From contig CAVPLT010000001.1 of the NCBI GenBank assembly GCA_963706325.1, positions 928,001 through 992,000 of the forward strand: a DNA stretch of 64,000 bases, given 5' to 3'. Source of the DNA: an uncultured Nitrospiraceae bacterium. Lineage in GTDB: Bacteria; Nitrospirota; Nitrospiria; Nitrospirales; Nitrospiraceae. The notes beneath the pieces were generated by a model, which made no database searches, had not been told where the DNA came from, and saw nothing but the letters and a program-made list of their open reading frames with translations. Made by a program: the position numbers and the translations under genes. Shown in pieces: positions 59,547 through 64,000 of this stretch; position 1 is the stretch's first letter; each line of letters starts with the position of its first letter.

Positions 59547-59944
59547 GGTGCGACCTCCTCTCTTACATCCTGGAGGCCAGGACGTCGCCAGGATGGGCTG
59601 CAGACGTGCTCGGCGGATCGGAATAGTGACGCCACCTGCCGGACCGAGTGGTTTGGGCCGGCTGAACCTCTATCGGTAACAATTGCGGCTGATTCATGAT
59701 GTCCATCCGATGCGATGAATTCCTGCAAGGGAAGCATAGCGATACGCGAATTGATCATCTCGAAGCCGGTTGGTACTCACGCCGTTGTGCTCTGGTGGAG
59801 TATGCCGATTGTACCCTCCGGAGGTAGAGCATGGCTAGGGCAATTACACCCTAGTAGTGAGTGCCTACGAGTTGAGTGGCAATCGACAAAATCGTAGCGT
59901 TGACATCATCGCGGGCTTCGCTTCAGACGAATCCTGGTTTTCAG

Positions 59945-60925
59945 CTATCGCTGGATTTTCAAGGTGGGGCCAAGGGTAAGCCACTTCGTAGGGCCGAGCG
60001 CGGCCATATGAGGAAGGTGAGCCACATACCAGAACACGATATCCTGTTCTTGCACGCCTTGATTGTCTTCGTCATACCCGAGCTGACCCCGAGCCCCGAA
60101 CACCCATGGGATGTCTTCGGCTGGATTTGCACGCCGGATCGCAATATCGAGGTCAGCAAAGCTGTCGCGTTCTCCGTCATCTCTGAGCGGGGCATACCCA
60201 TCGCCAGGGAGAATCCAGACGCCGTGTCCTGTCGGCTGGTCACGAACGAACCAGGCTCGATGTGTACTCACGTTTTTGACGTCATTCCGTTCATTCGTAT
60301 ATTTCTTCCAACCGGGGCCCCACCCTGAGTCCGACGCTCCGTCGTCGTGTCGGAAGACCTGGTCCATTCCGTTGCCGTTGATATCGAAGTCGAAGCGCCA
60401 GTAGGGATTGTGCATGTGATCCGTATTGCATGAGAGCCCGCGGCTTTGTAGGACCGGTCGGATCTCTCCGTCCTCGGATAGATGCCACGATTGGTAGAGG
60501 TGATATTCACCGATTCTGGCATACATTCCCAGCTCCAGCCATTTCACGCCCTGCTGGGTGGCACTCTCGAGGCACACTTTGTGGTCTCCGCAGTTCACAA
60601 TCGGGACTAGGTCCTGCCAACGAAGGCGGTCCTGGAAAGGTCCGCAACGCCCGCTGTCCGCGCGCGAGCCGAACCAGGTGAAGGGATTCCACCATCGGCG
60701 CTCCTTCACATATTTTACGCGGACGACCGGCATACTGGCCTTGGCCAGCACCTGTTCCCCGGCATAGGTGACATTGCGAAGCGCGAGACCGGTGCTGTCT
60801 TTGACCTCGTAATCGAGGCTCCAGCGTCCCCAGTCAAGATGTTCCGACGCCTCGTCTGCCAAGCCAGGCAGAGGGCGTGTGAGAGCGGAGAACAGCAGCA
60901 GAGCAATCACCGCAACGCGTGTCAT
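59945..60925 (-). CDS. Secreted protein resembling the catalytic domain of copper amine oxidase
   Basis: Signal peptide; GLALRNVTY.G..V....SMP, IGEY....W.L..DGEI, HMH...RFDFDING, DIVFWY.....H. Confidence 0.7.
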   Translation of the reverse strand: MTRVAVIALLLFSALTRPLPGLADEASEHLDWGRWSLDYEVKDSTGLALRNVTYAGEQVLAKASMPVVRVKYVKERRWWNPFTWFGSRADSGRCGPFQDRLRWQDLVPIVNCGDHKVCLESATQQGVKWLELGMYARIGEYHLYQSWHLSEDGEIRPVLQSRGLSCNTDHMHNPYWRFDFDINGNGMDQVFRHDDGASDSGWGPGWKKYTNERNDVKNVSTHRAWFVRDQPTGHGVWILPGDGYAPLRDDGERDSFADLDIAIRRANPAEDIPWVFGARGQLGYDEDNQGVQEQDIVFWYVAHLPHMAALGPTKWLTLGPTLKIQR

Positions 60926-60945
60926 CTGCTATCCTTTCGATTCGC

Positions 60946-61737
60946 CTATCTAGGCGGTTCATCCCCTGCGTCCAGCACGCGGTCTTCCGTCAGATCCACC
61001 TGCGCCCAGTACTTGGGGTCTCCATCCTGTCCTTGGGAGAAGGTAATCCAGATGACCCGGTGCTCATACCCCGGATCGTTTTTGAAGAACCCACGATCCG
61101 GTTGCATCAGGAGCCCATGTCCCTGGAGCGCCTGCACCTTCCCCGCCAGGCGGGCATCGGCACGAGCTAATTCGATCCCTCGTTGCACATCTTGCGGTCC
61201 CTCGGCAGGCAGGTACCCTTCATATCTCGAAGCTTCCAGTACGGCCGTGTCTTTCATGCGGACATCGATCGCGACATTGTGGCTGTAGCTGAAGTAGGTG
61301 ATTCGGGCGAGTCGGGCTTGATTTCGGCAGCAACCGAATGCGACTTTGCCGTCCGGCGACAGGAGATTTGCATCGATGAATCCCCACCGGTCACCCAGAA
61401 GGGTAACCACTCTGGGATCGGCTTCGGCTGCTTTCCGTAGTGCGACAATTTCAGAAGCTGAGAGGACCGCGGCCTGATTAGGAGATCGCAGGACGGCTGC
61501 CTCATTCACTGTCCCTGCCATCTTAGGTTTGATGTGCCCGACGGATTCGTCGTCGGTGAACTCGAGGATATGTCTGGCCGGGATCTGAGCCGGGAGCGGT
61601 GTCTTCGAAACAATGGTTTCGGGATCTTCCGGACCAAAGGGACCGCGGGAGGCGGCATCGAGACTGCATCCGGGTATGACCACGAGCAGCAGCAGCGTTG
61701 GATAGGGCCACATCGTACGCCGACCTTTCATGGCCAT
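60946..61737 (-). CDS. Lipoprotein resembling copper amine oxidase N-terminal (N2/N3) domains
   Basis: Lipobox-like IPGC; two repeats LS..E......A..DPRV / A..LARADARL ending VDLT..RV; TGATG-coupled to the upstream gene. Confidence 0.55.
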   Translation of the reverse strand: MAMKGRRTMWPYPTLLLLVVIPGCSLDAASRGPFGPEDPETIVSKTPLPAQIPARHILEFTDDESVGHIKPKMAGTVNEAAVLRSPNQAAVLSASEIVALRKAAEADPRVVTLLGDRWGFIDANLLSPDGKVAFGCCRNQARLARITYFSYSHNVAIDVRMKDTAVLEASRYEGYLPAEGPQDVQRGIELARADARLAGKVQALQGHGLLMQPDRGFFKNDPGYEHRVIWITFSQGQDGDPKYWAQVDLTEDRVLDAGDEPPR

Positions 61738-62258
61738 CACACCATCGCCAGTTTTCCGGCCACGCCGAGCGCCAGCCTGGACACTTGAGCCGCCGCCTTG
61801 ATGACGGCGGACCGCTTCTTTCGCGAGGCGGCATCCAGCAAGCATTTTGTCAAAAGATCCTTGTAACTGGTGATCTCGTCCGCCTCAAACGGGACGATCC
61901 TGGCCACCGTCTCATTGTTGAAGGTGTTGGCCAGTTGCAGATACAGATTGGAGATCTCCGCCGCGTAAATTCCTCGGCGCAAGGGATCGTTTTTGTAGGT
62001 CTCAAACTTCTTTCGCAGCGCCGCCACGGCGTCAAGAAGCGCCGTTTGACGCACTTTGGTGTCGTCCTGACGGCCGACGGCAAAATCTACGCCGCCCAAT
62101 TGATCGACCAATGTTTGGGCCTCATCTCGGGCATGGTCCACCTGGGTGGCCAGTTGCTCGATGCTGGTAGTGGCGCTCTCGGCCGTCTCCATCAATTGCT
62201 TGATGAGGCTGTCATTGTCCTGAAGGAACGTGACCACTCCTTCGAAGCTGCGGTTCAT
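61737..62258 (-). CDS. Alpha-helical hypothetical protein, 173 aa
   Basis: GGAGG RBS, operon spacing, heptad-like composition, small-residue hydrophobic C-terminal helix. Confidence 0.7.
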   Translation of the reverse strand: MNRSFEGVVTFLQDNDSLIKQLMETAESATTSIEQLATQVDHARDEAQTLVDQLGGVDFAVGRQDDTKVRQTALLDAVAALRKKFETYKNDPLRRGIYAAEISNLYLQLANTFNNETVARIVPFEADEITSYKDLLTKCLLDAASRKKRSAVIKAAAQVSRLALGVAGKLAMV

Positions 62259-62268
62259 AGAGCCTCCG

Positions 62269-63018
62269 TTACTGTGCGTCGTCCTTCTTCATTCGGTCGA
62301 GCAATTCCACCAAGTCGGCGGTGAAGCTCTGGGCACGGGCCAAGCCGCCGATGCGAAGAATGCGAGCGCCGACGACTTCCTCCAGCGCGTCATTGACCGT
62401 TCGGGAATGGTTCACAATTCCCATGATCTGTTCTGATCGACTCGGGGCTTGATCGAGAATCGAGCCGACCAACTCAGGGTCGACGGAAGCGAGCGCCGAT
62501 TGTTTGGCGAAGCGCTGGACTTGAGCATGGAGGGTCGCGGTGTGTTTCCACGAGTCGTTGAGGGCATTGGCCGTATCACGAAGGCCGCAGAAATCTTCCT
62601 CGAATTGATCCCACACGGCTTTTTCAAGTCCTTGCGCTTCGGCCATGTAAAGCAGACTCATGAGATAAGCGGCGGCGTAGGCGGCGTCACCTTTCTTGTT
62701 GGTGACGTTGCGGAACGAGGCCAGGACGAAGCGGTGCTTGGTTTCCTCGATCTGAAGCGATTGAAAACTCTCATGCAGAAAGCTGCGCGCCTGTTCCAGC
62801 ATCTTGACCCGCGCCTCGGTTTCTTTTTGGAAGAGATCGATGTTGGTTTGGGCGGCATCGATCTTGGTGCCTTCCAATTGGATAAGATCACGCACCGAGT
62901 TGCTGTGGATGGAATGGCAACCGGCGCCGGCCAGTGACAGCATGATCATGGACAAGATGGGCAGGGTTCGTCGGATCATGGAAGACTCCTTCTGCTCACT
63001 GACGGATGGTCTGGTCAT
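62269..63018 (-). CDS. Alpha-helical lipoprotein
   Basis: Lipobox-like GAGC; start 63018 (ATGA overlap) or 62979 (AAGGAG RBS). Confidence 0.75.
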   Translation of the reverse strand: MTRPSVSEQKESSMIRRTLPILSMIMLSLAGAGCHSIHSNSVRDLIQLEGTKIDAAQTNIDLFQKETEARVKMLEQARSFLHESFQSLQIEETKHRFVLASFRNVTNKKGDAAYAAAYLMSLLYMAEAQGLEKAVWDQFEEDFCGLRDTANALNDSWKHTATLHAQVQRFAKQSALASVDPELVGSILDQAPSRSEQIMGIVNHSRTVNDALEEVVGARILRIGGLARAQSFTADLVELLDRMKKDDAQ

Positions 63019-63647
63019 CGGCGCACCTGCCGCACAGCATCCGCCAATCCTTGGGTATCGGTTCGAGTGAGGGTGACGTCGATGTCCAGGTATTGTTTGA
63101 TGATGCTGTTGATTCGTCGGAGCGCTTCGACATTGGTCCGGTACTTGTCGAAGACCGTGAGGTCAACGGCCGAAGGGACCTGCGAATCTGCGGCGACTCG
63201 TTGTTCGACCTGCGTGATGAGTTCCGGAATCTTCTGGATCAGGTTGCTCATGTCGCTGGCCCCAGGCTGAAAGACGGTCTGCCCGTTGGGACCCTTGCGC
63301 TCAGGAAGCGATGTGAGGCGCATCGTATTGATTACGGCGATCACCTTGGTTCCCAGCAGGTCGGCATCATCTTTCGCGATGTCCGCGTCAGCAATGTCGG
63401 TGCGCCTGGGATTTGTGGTCGCCCATTGCAATGCAAGATCTAGCTTGAGCCTGGTTTGAACGAAGCGATACCACTGCTGATGCCGGGTGGTGATATTGCT
63501 GACCAGTTCGCGATACTGCTGCATCAGTTGTTCGTTTTCGGCATAGGCCTGGTCCTTAGCCACGAGGGCCTGTTTGATTTCCGGCGGCGTCGTGCAGGCG
63601 GCGAGCGAGGCACACATCAGCCAGCTACAGATGCGCAACATCCTCAT
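63015..63647 (-). CDS. Alpha-helical lipoprotein
   Basis: GGGAGG RBS, lipobox LAAC. Confidence 0.78.
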   Translation of the reverse strand: MRMLRICSWLMCASLAACTTPPEIKQALVAKDQAYAENEQLMQQYRELVSNITTRHQQWYRFVQTRLKLDLALQWATTNPRRTDIADADIAKDDADLLGTKVIAVINTMRLTSLPERKGPNGQTVFQPGASDMSNLIQKIPELITQVEQRVAADSQVPSAVDLTVFDKYRTNVEALRRINSIIKQYLDIDVTLTRTDTQGLADAVRQVRR

Positions 63648-63696
63648 CGGGGCGCCTCCCAGTAAAATTCCTTGAGCAGATCCGTCTCTATAATAG

Positions 63697-63710
63697 GCAA
63701 GCTACGTACC
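63697..63710 (-). promoter_or_regulatory. sigma54 (-24/-12) promoter for the lipoprotein operon
   Basis: Minus strand GGTACGTAGCTTGC = GG-N10-GC. Confidence 0.6.
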
Positions 63711-63808
63711 TCACGATCATTCATCTTGGTCAGGGCAGATTAATCGCCCATTCGTTTCGCTGCAAGCGAAAACGTGGGTCTGTTTCACCTTGAGGCAGAT
63801 ACCGCATC

Positions 63809-63844
63809 GTACCCATTCCGATACGAGTGTATCGAAGTGAATAC
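63809..63844. promoter_or_regulatory. Tandem GTATC-N6-GATAC-like boxes
   Basis: GTACCCATTCCGATAC (63809-63824) and GTATCGAAGTGAATAC (63829-63844). Confidence 0.55.
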
Positions 63845-63881
63845 AGGGACGATGTAAGATATGCTGGATTGACAGAAAAGG

Positions 63882-64000
63882 CTATGAGGGGGTCAGTGCT
63901 TTGCGTAGCGCCGCGACTGTTGATAAATCGATACCGGCCGACCGGAGCTGTTCATCGGTGGCTTCCGCAATTCGCTCGAGGCTGCCGAATTGTCTAAGGA
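63882..64000 (-). CDS. uvrC: Excinuclease ABC subunit C, C-terminal helix-hairpin-helix fragment
   Basis: Manual translation LRQFGSLERIAEATDEQLRSAGIDLSTVAALRKALTPS-stop; only 38 residues are visible. Confidence 0.7.
   Translation of the reverse strand, partial: LRQFGSLERIAEATDEQLRSAGIDLSTVAALRKALTPS

Noticed and set aside
59543..59758. 71-aa ORF overlapping the luxR start
   Set aside because: No recognisable features or clear RBS; luxR has its own strong RBS
1..64000. CRISPR arrays, tRNA/rRNA, transposases, integrases, prophage genes, luxI
   Set aside because: None was recognised by eye; short structured RNAs cannot be excluded without a covariance-model search

Overview
Bacterial chromosomal segment, most likely Nitrospira/Nitrospirota (inferred from gene content, not database-confirmed). 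It contains: (1) a tandem array of three filamentous-haemagglutinin/TPS-domain exoproteins plus two small Cys-containing secreted proteins; (2) an operon for a RoxA/MauG-like di-haem protein, a V4R-like hybrid kinase and a FadL transporter; (3) a radical SAM/USP cluster rich in PCP_red domains, menG/ubiE and uvrA; (4) small stress-type genes; (5) an aryl polyene/xanthomonadin-like type II PKS cluster; (6) a HerA-like ATPase and a membrane patatin; (7) a LuxR-solo locus in which a perfect 20-bp lux-box-like palindrome sits symmetrically between a P450 and an operon for a nitroreductase-like protein, a ketosynthase with a His-to-Cys active-site change, a NarL regulator and a multi-PAS hybrid kinase, with no luxI in the window; (8) a putative sigma54 lipoprotein operon ending in a split copper-amine-oxidase-like pair; (9) the 3' end of uvrC. 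Locus 7 is the best candidate for an undescribed (non-AHL quorum-sensing-like) system. Three loci share a sigma54-like promoter plus a tandem GTATC-N6-GATAC motif. Clustered single-base indels suggest local sequencing or assembly errors. All product calls come from motif recognition by eye; no searches were run.
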